The translations under genes were made by a program, and so were the position numbers. A stretch of DNA of 64,000 nucleotides, taken from contig JAFAZK010000280.1 in the NCBI GenBank assembly GCA_019239825.1, positions 12,563 to 76,562 of the forward strand, in the 5' to 3' direction. The notes under the pieces were generated by a model. The model saw only the letters and a list, made by a program, of their open reading frames with translations, did no database searches and had not been told where the DNA came from. Below are positions 19,761-30,087 of the stretch, in pieces. Position 1 is the stretch's first letter, and each line of letters begins with the position of its first letter. The DNA comes from Verrucomicrobiota bacterium. Its GTDB lineage: Bacteria; Verrucomicrobiota; Verrucomicrobiia; Chthoniobacterales; JAFAMB01.

Positions 19761-21041
19761 ATGCAGGCTGAAGGACTTATGCCATTGGACCTAGCCCTAG
19801 TCGCAGTTGCCGGTCTCATAATACTGGCGGTTTTGTCGGCTTTTATCTCGGGAATCGAGACGGCGCTTTTCTCGATCCGGGAATGGCGATTGCATCGTTG
19901 GCGGAAGGAGGATCCGAAACGAGTCGAGCAATTCGAGCGCCTGATGAAGAACCCCAGAGAGGTGCTTAGCGTAATCCTGCTGGTAGACACCATAGTAAAT
20001 ATTTTACTGATCGTTCTCACCGTTGCGATCGTCACGTCGATTACGATTCCAGTCCCTTACTGGGTCAAGACGTTGTTCCTGTTTACGCTGATCGTCGTCG
20101 CCTGCGACCTAGTGCCGAAGATGTTGGCGTTGCGTGACCCATTTCGATTCGCGCGGCAAGCGATCATGCTCTTGCGATTTTTGCTGCCGGTCTTCGGCCC
20201 CCTGTCTCGACTTACCCAACGAGCATCTGAAGTCATTGCCAGTTTTTTCCTGCCGACGAAGCTTGAAAGAGCCGAGCAATTCAATGATGAGGAACTCATT
20301 GCCCTCGTAGAATTGAGTGCCGAACAGGGCCAGCTTCGGGCGGACGAGCAAGAGATGATCGAGGCGATCATCAAACTGGGAAACAAGTCCGTCAAAGATT
20401 GTATGACGCCTCGGGTTGATGCTTTTTTTATCAGCGATTCAATGACGAATGAAGAGGTCATCCAGCAACTCCGAATCAAACGCCGTGATCGGGTGCCGGT
20501 TTTTGGCGATAGCCCTGACGAAATTTTAGGCATCTTGGATGTCAAAGCTTTTCTAGCCGATCCGTCCGAACATTATGCGGAGAAGGTCGATGTCCCGTCG
20601 TTTGTGCCGGAGACCATGCGCGCTTTGGATCTATTGCGCGCATTCTTAAAGCATCCCCAAAGATTGGCGATCGTGATCGACGAATTCGGCGGCACGGAAG
20701 GGGTCGTCACCATGAGCGATATTCTGGACGAGATCCTGGCTGATGTGGCGCCGCGAGGAGATGAAGAACTCTATCTTGAGGAGTTAGGCGATGGCGCTTG
20801 GTTAGCGTGCGGCAGCGTTCGTTTGGAAGACCTCGAGGAAGCGCTGCATCTTGATTTTGACACCGAAGAATTCGACACCCTCAACGGTCTGATTTTCAAT
20901 CGCCTCGGGTATGTGCCGCGTTCCGGAGAGAAGGTGCAAGTGCCGCCATTGGACCTGGAAGTTCGCGAAAGTACTCGCCGGCGAGTGGTCGAAGTGAAAC
21001 TGCGGCGTCTGGAGAAAAAGGAGGCTGCGCAGGCGGCATGA
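19761..21041 (+). CDS. CNNM/DUF21-CBS-CorC transporter-associated protein
   Basis: SGIETALFS, CMTPR, IDEFGGTEG, C-terminal CorC domain. Confidence 0.9.
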   Translation: MQAEGLMPLDLALVAVAGLIILAVLSAFISGIETALFSIREWRLHRWRKEDPKRVEQFERLMKNPREVLSVILLVDTIVNILLIVLTVAIVTSITIPVPYWVKTLFLFTLIVVACDLVPKMLALRDPFRFARQAIMLLRFLLPVFGPLSRLTQRASEVIASFFLPTKLERAEQFNDEELIALVELSAEQGQLRADEQEMIEAIIKLGNKSVKDCMTPRVDAFFISDSMTNEEVIQQLRIKRRDRVPVFGDSPDEILGILDVKAFLADPSEHYAEKVDVPSFVPETMRALDLLRAFLKHPQRLAIVIDEFGGTEGVVTMSDILDEILADVAPRGDEELYLEELGDGAWLACGSVRLEDLEEALHLDFDTEEFDTLNGLIFNRLGYVPRSGEKVQVPPLDLEVRESTRRRVVEVKLRRLEKKEAAQAA

Positions 21042-21985
21042 CCTGGCTTTTATTCATCGTTTGCCTGGCAGTTTCATTTGTCTTTTCGGGGACCGAAGCG
21101 GGTTTGCTGTCGCTTAATCGGTTGCGGTTGAGGCAATTATCGCGGAGCGGGGATGCACACGCAGTCCGCCTCTGGCGCCTGGTAGAGGAACCGTCCCGCC
21201 TATTTATCACCGTCCTCTGCGTTACCGGTCTCGCAAATATCATTGCGGTCCTGATCCTGACTTCCTGGTTCGTGCACGAGTTTAAAGGGTGGGGATATCT
21301 CTGCACCATTCTAGTCGCTTTTCCGATCTTTTTGATTGTGACCGAGATGTTGCCGAAGTCGTTTTTCCGGCGCTTTCCGTACCAGGCTCTTGCCTCTATT
21401 GCCGTGCTCCTGGAGATAGCTTCTTTGGTGTTGACCCCGTTGATGGCCGCCGGCTCATGGTGCGCAGTTCACATTTTCCGGCTGAAGCGGCCACAGGAAG
21501 TTTTCGTGGCGCGAGAAGACCTGAAGTCGGTGACGAAGTCGATCGAAAAAATGGGGATATTGAGCAGCATCGAACGTCAGATGATCCACAACGTGGTCGA
21601 TTTTCGTGCCGTGCGGGTCAAGGACGTGATGATTAAACGTGACCGGGTAGTGACGTTAAGAATTGGGACGCCGGTGGAGGAGGTGATCAAGACCTTCTTA
21701 CAGACTCGTTTCGACTCTTTGCCTCTGGCGAACGACCGAGGCGAGATCGTTGGTTTAATCAACGCGTTCGATGTAATCCTGGACAAAAAGCCCGGTGAGA
21801 ATGCCGACGCTTATCTGCACCGCATGTTAGTCGTGCGCGAAGATGAGCCCGCGTCGCTGGCATTACACCGGTTGAGAGCAGCGTTTCCGCAGACGCTCGC
21901 ACTGGTGGTCGACGGTGAGGACCACCCGATCGGCGTGGTCGGCATCGAGGATCTGTTGGGGCCGTTAGTGAAGACGGTGGGGTAG
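21038..21985 (+). CDS. Second CNNM/DUF21-CBS protein
   Basis: SGTEAGLLSLNR, EMLPKS, CBS pair; ATGA overlap with the upstream paralog. Confidence 0.88.
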   Translation: MTWLLFIVCLAVSFVFSGTEAGLLSLNRLRLRQLSRSGDAHAVRLWRLVEEPSRLFITVLCVTGLANIIAVLILTSWFVHEFKGWGYLCTILVAFPIFLIVTEMLPKSFFRRFPYQALASIAVLLEIASLVLTPLMAAGSWCAVHIFRLKRPQEVFVAREDLKSVTKSIEKMGILSSIERQMIHNVVDFRAVRVKDVMIKRDRVVTLRIGTPVEEVIKTFLQTRFDSLPLANDRGEIVGLINAFDVILDKKPGENADAYLHRMLVVREDEPASLALHRLRAAFPQTLALVVDGEDHPIGVVGIEDLLGPLVKTVG

Positions 21986-22188
21986 GGCGTGTCGGCGGTG
22001 TGACAAGATAATTTCGCAGGTCGTAAAGATGATCGATCAAGCAGACCGCTGGATTATCAATCCCACGCCCGTTAAGCGGCGTTCAGCGCGGGAGGGAGCA
22101 TACGCGCCCAGACGCCGAAACGCCCGTACGCCGACACGCCTATACGCCCCTTGAACTCCGGGAACTCCTCCAATACTGTTGTCGGTTT

Positions 22189-23340
22189 ATGTCAACAACT
22201 CCGCAGGCGCCGCCTTACTCTCGAAAGAACCCTTTTCCTGCCAAACTTGTGGTAAGCCAGACATTGACACTCTCAGGTTCGGAGAAAGAGACGCGGCATT
22301 ACGAGTTCTCGTTAGCGGGGTCCGGAATGCAATATGAGCCGGGAGATTCCATGGGGGTCTTCGCGAAAAACAATCCCAAGCTGGTAGAAGACCTTTTGGA
22401 GGCTCTCCATTTTTCTGGCGGCGAAAGTGTGACTACTAAAGAGGGCGAGACCTTCACGCTACGCGAAGGTCTGCTTCACTACTTTCAGATCACGCAACCT
22501 TCGAAACAATTCCTCGAGTTGATCGCTGAACGCTCGGCAACGAGAGCGGAGCTAAAGGAATTGCTGGATCCGGAACGAAAACGGGACCTGGATAATTATC
22601 TTTGGGGACTGGAAATCGTCGATTTTCTTCTGGATAACCCTTCCCTTCGTTTAACTGTCGAAGAATTCGTGCGCACCCTGCGAAAGCTTCAGCCGCGGCT
22701 GTATTCAATCGCCTCCAGCCTGAAGGCTCACCCGGAAGAGGTGCACTTGATGGTTGCGTCGGTTCGTTATGAGAGCCATGGCCGGAAGCGTGAGGGTGTC
22801 GCGACCACTTATCTGGCGGATCGTGTCGCGGTCGGAGCAGAAGTGCCGATGTTCGTGCACATCGCCAAAGGATTTCGTCTTCCGGAGGATCCTTCGACAC
22901 CGATCATTATGATCGGACCCGGCACCGGATTAGCTCCCTTTCGAGCGTATCTCGAGGAACGAAAGGCACTAGGCGCATCAGGGAAGAACTGGCTCTTCTT
23001 TGGCGAACAGCGTCACAACTGCGACTTCTTTTATAAGGAACAGCTTGAAGGGCTACAGAAGGAGGGTGTTTTAACGAGGTTTGACACCGCTTTTTCCCGA
23101 GACCAACCGAACAAAATCTACGTCCAACATCGAATCCTCGAAAACAGCAAGGAGATCTTCGATTGGCTGGAATCTGGCGCCCACTTCTTCGTCTGCGGCG
23201 ACGCCGCCCGGATGGCAAAAGACGTGGATGTAGCTTTGCACCAAATCGTCGAAAAACATGGGGGCAAAACTCCCGAACAAGCCGCCGAGTACATCGAGGC
23301 CTTGCGAAAAGAGAAGCGTTATAAGAGGGACGTTTACTAA
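22189..23340 (+). CDS. Sulfite reductase flavoprotein-like (FAD/NADPH domains only)
   Basis: PRLYSIASS, MIGPGTGLAPFR, YVQH, VCGDA, RYKRDVY; no N-terminal flavodoxin domain. Confidence 0.88.
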   Translation: MSTTPQAPPYSRKNPFPAKLVVSQTLTLSGSEKETRHYEFSLAGSGMQYEPGDSMGVFAKNNPKLVEDLLEALHFSGGESVTTKEGETFTLREGLLHYFQITQPSKQFLELIAERSATRAELKELLDPERKRDLDNYLWGLEIVDFLLDNPSLRLTVEEFVRTLRKLQPRLYSIASSLKAHPEEVHLMVASVRYESHGRKREGVATTYLADRVAVGAEVPMFVHIAKGFRLPEDPSTPIIMIGPGTGLAPFRAYLEERKALGASGKNWLFFGEQRHNCDFFYKEQLEGLQKEGVLTRFDTAFSRDQPNKIYVQHRILENSKEIFDWLESGAHFFVCGDAARMAKDVDVALHQIVEKHGGKTPEQAAEYIEALRKEKRYKRDVY

Positions 23341-23356
23341 GAATAGGATCTGGCTC

Positions 23357-24802
23357 CTATTCTACGGTGATTTCTCGGACGTAGATATTCACCTGGCCGT
23401 CGGCGCCTTTTCGAACATCCTCGATCTGGAAGGGACGATCGTTCAATCTGGCGACCGGATCTCCTTCCTTAGGAACATTGCCACCTTTCGGAAACTCTAC
23501 GATAATTCGGATGCTCGCACCCGGCGCGTTGTTTGACTCGGATTTCGGCCGTAGGACGGCGCGATTCTCTCGGGCCGCAGTAACCGTGAACTCGCCTTTG
23601 AGGTAGATCGGCTCTGTGCCGATTCCTTTGTCGGCCAGCTCAGCAGTTTGGCTTACATCGAACAATCGGCCTCTTGGCATCAAACCAGGTTTAAAAAGTT
23701 GCCAGCTTCCAATTCGGTTACCCGCTCCGGGACTGGCTGAAGCGGCCAAAAAGGGTTGAGGAGTGGTTTCAGCAACCGCCGGGGCAGTCGGAGTCGGTGT
23801 AGCGGTAGGACGATTCGCCGGTGTTGCGGCTACGACCAGTTGTTTCGGGGTAGGGCTGGCGTGAGGCTGCTTCGCCAACAGAGCGGGCGTCGGAGTTGAC
23901 ACCGGTGCAGCGCGCAAGGCGGCCACCAAAGTAGGATTGTTAGAGACCGAGGCGCTAGGAGAAGCGTTACTCGGTGAAACTTTATTGGAAGGAGTGTTCG
24001 TCGATGCCACCTGCGAGCCGGCAGCTCGCCGATATTGGGCAAACCTGGTTTCGGCCGCTTCAAACTGGTTGTTGCTCACTAAGGGTAATCCGGCCTTTAC
24101 GTAAAGGGCCGCAGGAGGTTCAAGCTGGAAGCTGCTCCCACTCTGGCCGTAGGAAGAGTAAAGCAACGGCATACAGGTGAATAGCAGACGTCCGCCGCCT
24201 AGGTTCGTGATATGAACGATAGCGGTCAGGTCAAACGACCGTCGCAATTCCAACCCTAGCCCGGTGACCAACACCCGCTGCATGCTGGCTAGCTGTTCTT
24301 TTGGTCCCGGGAAGACCGCTTCCACGTAAATCGTGGGGACGTCGTTTGATTGCGCCAACGCCACTACCCCGCTGCCGAAGTATTGATTTTCGCTCATCGG
24401 GAAGGCATCCAGAACCGTGTATTTTCCGGTTATATACGGAACTTTGCCTACTTGGTGGTCATAGTTGCGCAGGAACGATCGAATCAGGTTATTGCTTTCT
24501 TCTTGGAGACCAGTGGCAGTCATTGCTCCGTAACGCTCCAGCAGTTTGTCGGATCCCAGGAATTCTCCGGCTGGAGCAGCCGTTAATTCGAAGCGTTTCG
24601 GCGGCACCACCTTGTTGAGCTTAGCCAGTAGCTGGTAGTTGAAGGGTTGTTCCGGGTGATCGAAGACGTAGAAAGTTCCGATCCAGCAAACAACGGCTAC
24701 ACCGCAAAGCAGCAGGATGACTACCGTCCAACCGAAAAGACCGTCCGAGCCCTCAGGTGGGGGCAGACGTCCTCGTGAGCGCCCGAGCTCTACTGCTTTC
24801 AT
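23357..24802 (-). CDS. Hypothetical membrane-anchored protein with Pro/Ala/Thr-rich linker
   Basis: 481-aa ORF, one TM near the N-terminus, low-complexity PTATPTP linker between two globular regions. Confidence 0.75.
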   Translation of the reverse strand: MKAVELGRSRGRLPPPEGSDGLFGWTVVILLLCGVAVVCWIGTFYVFDHPEQPFNYQLLAKLNKVVPPKRFELTAAPAGEFLGSDKLLERYGAMTATGLQEESNNLIRSFLRNYDHQVGKVPYITGKYTVLDAFPMSENQYFGSGVVALAQSNDVPTIYVEAVFPGPKEQLASMQRVLVTGLGLELRRSFDLTAIVHITNLGGGRLLFTCMPLLYSSYGQSGSSFQLEPPAALYVKAGLPLVSNNQFEAAETRFAQYRRAAGSQVASTNTPSNKVSPSNASPSASVSNNPTLVAALRAAPVSTPTPALLAKQPHASPTPKQLVVAATPANRPTATPTPTAPAVAETTPQPFLAASASPGAGNRIGSWQLFKPGLMPRGRLFDVSQTAELADKGIGTEPIYLKGEFTVTAARENRAVLRPKSESNNAPGASIRIIVEFPKGGNVPKEGDPVARLNDRPFQIEDVRKGADGQVNIYVREITVE

Positions 24803-24836
24803 TGGTAGTTAGCTGATTCTGGGACGGTATAGAAAA

Positions 24837-25175
24837 TCAGCGTTTCTCCCCGGAGACTTCGAATGAACTTCCACAACCACAACTGCGGACAACGTTAGGA
24901 TTATCGATTTTAAAACCTGAGCCGGTCAACCCATCCGTAAAGTCCACGGTTGATCCATGCAAGTACGCGGCGCTCTTCGGGTCGATGAGTACAGATACTC
25001 CGTTGCTTTCGATCCGATGGTCATCCGCTTTGGGGTAATCAAACTGCATGCCGTATTGCTGACCGGCACAGCCTCCATCTTCGACAAAGATGCGTAACCC
25101 CTTGTCACTGTAGCTCGGATCTTCCGAGACCAGCTCTTGGAGGTGCCGAATAGCTGCTTGAGTGACCGTAATCAT
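24837..25175 (-). CDS. Fe-S cluster assembly A-type carrier (IscA/ErpA/HesB)
   Basis: GGCAG and CGCGSSF motifs. Confidence 0.93.
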   Translation of the reverse strand: MITVTQAAIRHLQELVSEDPSYSDKGLRIFVEDGGCAGQQYGMQFDYPKADDHRIESNGVSVLIDPKSAAYLHGSTVDFTDGLTGSGFKIDNPNVVRSCGCGSSFEVSGEKR

Positions 25176-25248
25176 GGCTATGTCCTAACTTAAACGGTAA
25201 GTCCCTACGACGTCAACGGCGGGAGAGGGGGAGAGGAGAGAAGCTAAA

Positions 25249-25393
25249 AGTGATTGGTGATTCGTGATTGGTGGGCGGGCTGTCTGCGTTTTCAACAGGA
25301 ACAGGTGCCGCACAGCAACGTCCTGACGTACACAGACCTCTCCTGCTGCTTCTGACGTCGGACCTCCCCACCAATCACGAATCACCAATCACG
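25249..25393. repeat. Inverted pair of heptamer tandem repeats
   Basis: gtgattg-gtgattc-gtgattg ... caatcac-gaatcac-caatcac. Confidence 0.75.
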
Positions 25394-25448
25394 TTCGACT
25401 CCCCGCCCTCCCGTTGTGCAACATCCCATACTGCGGTAGCCTAACAAA

Positions 25449-27323
25449 ATGGGTCGGATCGCTTTGCTTCCGGACGAAGTCGCTTCACAAGTGGCGGCGG
25501 GCGAGGTCGTGGAGCGGCCAGCTTCGGTGGTAAAGGAGCTGGTCGAAAACAGTCTGGACGCGGGAGCGACCAGGATTGAAATCGCCATCGCCAGAGGCGG
25601 CGCCAGCCTGGTGCGCGTAGTGGACAACGGCTTTGGCATGGATCGGGACGATGCTCTCTTAAGTTTGGAGCGCCACGCCACCAGTAAGATTCGGACCGGC
25701 AATGACCTTGCAAACATTCATACGCTTGGTTTTCGGGGAGAAGCTTTGCCAAGCATCGCCAGCGTTTCTCGCTTTCGCTTGGCCACTCGTCCTAACGATG
25801 CGATCGAAGGAACAGAGATCCTGGTCAATGGTGGAAAGATAGATAGTGTCCGGGCCTGTGGCGAAGCGCCGGGGACTTTGGTCGAAGCCAAACATCTCTT
25901 CTACAATCTGCCGGCTCGGCGGAAATTCTTACGCACGGAGAACACGGAAGCCAGCCACGTTCAACATCAGTTGATGCTGCAAGCGCTGGGGCATCCAGAG
26001 GTCGGTTTTGTACTTTTGCGGGACCAAGCGGTGATTTTTCAGTTACCCCCAACCCGGTCGTTGGCGACCCGCATTTCTGATCTGCGAGGCGACCAGATCA
26101 TGAAACAGGTAGTCGAGATCGAGCCCACCACCGTCGACGGGATCTCGATTCGCGGATTTTTAGGTAAAGCGGGCGTCAGCCGGCCAACCCGAGCGGAACA
26201 GATCATGTTTGTTAATGGGCGGGCGGTCGACAATCTGACCATCCAACACGCTTTACGGGAGGGTTATCACACCGCGTTGATGAAAGGGCAGTATCCCCTG
26301 GTGTTTCTCTTTCTGGATCTGGATCCAGCGGACGTTGACGTTAATGTGCACCCGGCCAAGCGGGAAGTCCGGTTTCGCAATCCGGATGTGATTCGCCAGT
26401 CTTTGGCAGAAACGGTTCGGAAAACGCTCGACTCAGACCGCGGCAATTGGAGTCGGGCATTTGCCAGTCCGCGATCATCCCCATTACTGGATGTTGCAGA
26501 CTTCGCCCCTTCTCCTCCTGTAGCTTCGTCGGCGAGGGCCGAATCTGTGGCGCCACTCGTGCCTCTGGTGGAGCAGTTCGCGTTGCGGAAAGATTGGCAC
26601 GAGTTTTCACAACCACAGCAAAAAGAAGACGGATTAGCATCCCCACAGATTTATCGCTCGGAAACGGCGATACCGGTTTCTCATGGCAGCAAAACCGAGG
26701 CCCATTCGACGAGGATCCCACCGGACGGTAGGGAAACCCCGAGCTCAGAGTTCCGCTTGCTCGGTGTGTTAGGGAAACTCTACATCCTCATGGAGAATGA
26801 AGAGGGACTAGTTCTGGTGGATCAGCACGCCGCTCATGAACGCATTCTATTCGAGCGTCTGCGCCGCGAAACCGAAACCGCCGGTGTCCCCTGTCAACGG
26901 CTGCTCATTCCGATCGTGTTAAGGCTGCCGCCAAAAGATCACGATTGGCTGCTGCTAAATGCGCCCAGCTTGCAGAAAATGGGGTTTTCGGTTGAACCTT
27001 TTGGCGAGTCGACGTTGAAAATCGATGGGATTCCGCAGTTTTTGCGGATAGAAGATCCTGCAAATACCATCCGCCAGCTCGTGGATGAGCTTCGTTCTCT
27101 CACCTCTAGCACCTCGCGTCTTCGCCTGGGCGAAGACGTCATAGCAAAGACAGTTTGTCGGTACGCAGTGAAAGCCAATGATCAGCTTCACGCTGCCGAA
27201 ATTGGTCAATTGGTTAAGGACCTCTTGGCTTGCGAGTTACCTTATTGCTGCCCACATGGACGCCCCACCATGATCCAGATCGGTTATTCAGAGTTGGAGA
27301 AGAAGTTTGGTAGGAAAGTGTGA
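25449..27323 (+). CDS. mutL: DNA mismatch repair endonuclease MutL
   Basis: AAGEVVERP, GFRGEAL, DVNVHP, DQHAAHER, CPHGRP. Confidence 0.97.
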   Translation: MGRIALLPDEVASQVAAGEVVERPASVVKELVENSLDAGATRIEIAIARGGASLVRVVDNGFGMDRDDALLSLERHATSKIRTGNDLANIHTLGFRGEALPSIASVSRFRLATRPNDAIEGTEILVNGGKIDSVRACGEAPGTLVEAKHLFYNLPARRKFLRTENTEASHVQHQLMLQALGHPEVGFVLLRDQAVIFQLPPTRSLATRISDLRGDQIMKQVVEIEPTTVDGISIRGFLGKAGVSRPTRAEQIMFVNGRAVDNLTIQHALREGYHTALMKGQYPLVFLFLDLDPADVDVNVHPAKREVRFRNPDVIRQSLAETVRKTLDSDRGNWSRAFASPRSSPLLDVADFAPSPPVASSARAESVAPLVPLVEQFALRKDWHEFSQPQQKEDGLASPQIYRSETAIPVSHGSKTEAHSTRIPPDGRETPSSEFRLLGVLGKLYILMENEEGLVLVDQHAAHERILFERLRRETETAGVPCQRLLIPIVLRLPPKDHDWLLLNAPSLQKMGFSVEPFGESTLKIDGIPQFLRIEDPANTIRQLVDELRSLTSSTSRLRLGEDVIAKTVCRYAVKANDQLHAAEIGQLVKDLLACELPYCCPHGRPTMIQIGYSELEKKFGRKV

Positions 27324-27336
27324 GAGTCGGTGCGAC

Positions 27337-27580
27337 CTGGAGGGGAGCCGCTTTATAATATGGCTCGACTGCCGGCGACATTTTCTCTTACACCGTTTGC
27401 GACCGGAAAATGTGAAAGCAGGCGGCTTGCGAGCATTACCCAGCGTGTGTTTCTGCCAAATGTTTTCACGTTGGATCGACCAGGGCCCAAACGATAAGAC
27501 TGCCACGCCTCGAAACATTCTCGGGAGCCGCCTATTGCCGAACCATTGAGCTGCTATGTTTTAAAGCGGCTCCCCTCCAG
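27337..27580. repeat. Nested-palindrome element family A, copy 2
   Basis: CTGGAGGGGAGCCGCTTTA...TAAAGCGGCTCCCCTCCAG with an inner GGCGGCT/GGGAGCCGCC pair. Confidence 0.85.
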
Positions 27581-27606
27581 CCGCGTCGGCTGACTTCTCC
27601 CTTTTG

Positions 27607-27966
27607 CTACGCCTTCTTCCCCATTTTCCTGGCTAGTAAAGCGATCAAGGCTGGTTTAGCGACTGTCCACGCAACGGACCAAAGTTGTCCCGCTACCGTG
27701 CCGGCAAAGCTTTTACCGGGAGGCCGGACGCGACCGCCGTGTTTATCGATATAGATCTTTTTCGTTCGCCGTGGTAGCCGCGATAGTACCCAACCGAAGA
27801 ACGCCATGAAGCTTAGCCAAACCCAACGGTTTTTTTGCCAAGCCACCGAAAAACGGTGTTGGAAGTTGAGCTGACCTTGCAGGCCGGTCGTAGCGCCGGC
27901 CAGATCACCTCGGGTTCTCTCCAGTTCCTCGATTATTCGACGTTTCTCGTCGTTGACCGGAGCCAT
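27607..27966 (-). CDS. Small membrane protein, third gene of a yqjDEK-like triad
   Basis: 119 aa, N-terminal coiled segment plus hydrophobic segment; context. Confidence 0.6.
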   Translation of the reverse strand: MAPVNDEKRRIIEELERTRGDLAGATTGLQGQLNFQHRFSVAWQKNRWVWLSFMAFFGWVLSRLPRRTKKIYIDKHGGRVRPPGKSFAGTVAGQLWSVAWTVAKPALIALLARKMGKKA

Positions 27967-28352
27967 TCTCGATCCTTTTGCAACTCATCTAGGGTCATAC
28001 GGAACATCGGCCGGATTACTCGGTAGCGGAGGATAATCGCCGCAATCAAACTTCCGGCTAGCAGAATTCCAGCGCAGAGCAGGGCCCCCCAGCCCCATTC
28101 CCAATGGAGTATCGTGATGATCAGATACAGCAGAAAGACTGCAAACATCACCAGAAAGCCTGCAAATAACACCAACACACCCGTTACCAGGAGGCCGATA
28201 ATTAACAGGTGTAATCCGGCTTCCTTAGCTTCCAGTCCCAAGAGCTGGAACCGGAGTTCCAGATAACGAAGAAACGCCGCGACCCAGTCTTTAACCGAGT
28301 CGGCAGTCGATGAGCGCTCCGATTCAGCGCCAACCGGAGCATCTGAACTCAT
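27933..28352 (-). CDS. YqjE/phage-holin-like membrane protein
   Basis: RFQLLGLEAKE, two TM helices, TLDELQKDREWL. Confidence 0.8.
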   Translation of the reverse strand: MSSDAPVGAESERSSTADSVKDWVAAFLRYLELRFQLLGLEAKEAGLHLLIIGLLVTGVLVLFAGFLVMFAVFLLYLIITILHWEWGWGALLCAGILLAGSLIAAIILRYRVIRPMFRMTLDELQKDREWLRSTTRNVE

Positions 28353-28355
28353 AGA

Positions 28356-28694
28356 TTATTTGCGAAGAAACAGACCGAGCAGAAAACCGGCGCCTAACGC
28401 CATCAGTATCGCCTTGGTTGGGTTCTCTCGCACGTACGCTTCTCCTTCGCTCTGCCAAAATTTTGCCTTTGAACGAGCGTCTGACCACGCCGTTTCTGCC
28501 GCTCCGCGAAATTCGTGAGCTCTAGCCTCTGCCGCCGCCTTGAGCTCGTCCGCCTTTTTCTCCGCGGCTTTCCGGATTTCGTCGGCCTTGGCGCTAGCCG
28601 CAGTTTTTAAATCGTCAGCCGCAGCTTTCAAATGTTCTTTTGATTTGCCCGCTGCCGCATCTGGGTCTGGACTGGTTTCCATAGTTCGTGCCAA
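28356..28694 (-). CDS. ElaB/YqjD (DUF883) tail-anchored protein
   Basis: Helical Ala/Lys-rich body, YVRENPTKAILMALGAGFLLG tail. Confidence 0.88.
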   Translation of the reverse strand: MARTMETSPDPDAAAGKSKEHLKAAADDLKTAASAKADEIRKAAEKKADELKAAAEARAHEFRGAAETAWSDARSKAKFWQSEGEAYVRENPTKAILMALGAGFLLGLFLRK

Positions 28695-28877
28695 AATTAA
28701 GTCTTCTAAGTGGAGAGTGGATTAACCTCTGAACTATAAAACACTCTCGGGTTTTAATCTCGAAAATCAACCTTTCGACACGTCTTAGGCTTGCTCAAGG
28801 CGGGCCTTCCGACAAGGCCAAGGCCAGCGCGTGGCGAGGGGTTATATTTGTTTCGGCGCAGGCTCCTGATTCCGGTC

Positions 28878-29096
28878 TTATGTTTCCCGGAAAATAATTC
28901 GAGCTTTACTCATATCGTAAGGGGAAATCTCAATTTCCACTTTGTCACCGGGGACGATGCGGATGAAATTTTTCCGCATTTTTCCGCTGATATGGGCGAG
29001 AACCTTCTGGCCGTTTGGCAGCGTCACCCGAAACATCGTATTGGGTAGGACTTCAGTGATCGTGCCTTGGATAACCAGAGGTTCCTCCTTAGGCAT
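28878..29096 (-). CDS. infA: Translation initiation factor IF-1
   Basis: [25 protein letters not shown]. Confidence 0.97.
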   Translation of the reverse strand: MPKEEPLVIQGTITEVLPNTMFRVTLPNGQKVLAHISGKMRKNFIRIVPGDKVEIEISPYDMSKARIIFRET

Positions 29097-29319
29097 ACGT
29101 GAAATTGTCTTCACAAGCTGCAGTTTTCAAACGAGATACGCGCGGCCGGTAAAAAAACCGAGGAGGTAGGAGCTAGAATCTAGGAGCTAGGAGTGACGCT
29201 GCGTCACCAGGCGCAAAGCGAACCGACGGGGATCTGACATATAAGTTCCCTAGGTCCTATAGGTGCTATTCGGTAGCAGGGATCAGAAATGCCTCATGTC
29301 CCCAATTCCCACCCAACTC

Positions 29320-29931
29320 CTAACCCCCTTGGAACTTCAGCACCCCGAACCGTTCCGGTAGATGGAAAGTACCGCTAAAGGTAGGCGACCAAGCCGAGAG
29401 CTCACGAGGCTGATCTTTTGGATGTTCGATCCGGCAAAAGTTAATACGCCACCGGGAAGCGTCACATTCGCCCATGCTTTTGAAAGGGAGAGCCAGTCCT
29501 GCCACCCATCCGTAAGCCAACAAACCCGTTGCTGTACGAAGTCCTTCGCAGTTCCAGGCGAAATCCTTTCGCATCCCGCTCCGAACCCGTCGTATAAAAA
29601 CGTCTAATACCGTATTCAACGGATTAACCTCGAACTCGAAGTAACAATCCAGATCGCCGAAGGGATCAATAAAGATCTCGACCACATCTTGTTCCCAGAG
29701 CGGATCATCCCGTTTGGTGAGGGTTGCCCACGGGTCTGGATCTTGGCAAACGAAAAGGACCAGGAGCTCGTCTCGATGCCAAGCGACGCGGATTTCGGTT
29801 CCCCAGACCGGCGGCCGGCCGCTCCTGTTATCTAACAGAAAAACGCGGCTGGCCTTAGACCAACAACCGGCAAGTGCATCTAAGGACGAACCGTCCCAGG
29901 CCTCGGTGTGAGGGCAGATAACCGCCGGCAT
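29320..29931 (-). CDS. Carbohydrate-binding family 9-like (DOMON-like) protein
   Basis: RDDPLWEQDVVEIFIDP, YFEFEVNP, WRINF, WSPT...FH. Confidence 0.78.
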   Translation of the reverse strand: MPAVICPHTEAWDGSSLDALAGCWSKASRVFLLDNRSGRPPVWGTEIRVAWHRDELLVLFVCQDPDPWATLTKRDDPLWEQDVVEIFIDPFGDLDCYFEFEVNPLNTVLDVFIRRVRSGMRKDFAWNCEGLRTATGLLAYGWVAGLALPFKSMGECDASRWRINFCRIEHPKDQPRELSAWSPTFSGTFHLPERFGVLKFQGG

Positions 29932-30087
29932 GCTGGTCTGTTGGTCTGGCGATATCACCGTTAAAATCAGAGTTTCACCACAAAGGCACAAAGAACACAG
30001 AGGTTAAGAGGAAGAGATTTTTTAAAAGCCTCGATCTCCAAGCTCTCTGTTTCTCTGTCGTGCAAACATGCGGCCTTCGTGGTGAAT

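Noticed and set aside
27933-28352. Holin-like gene as a prophage marker
   Set aside because: Part of a yqjDEK-like stress triad; no phage genes nearby.
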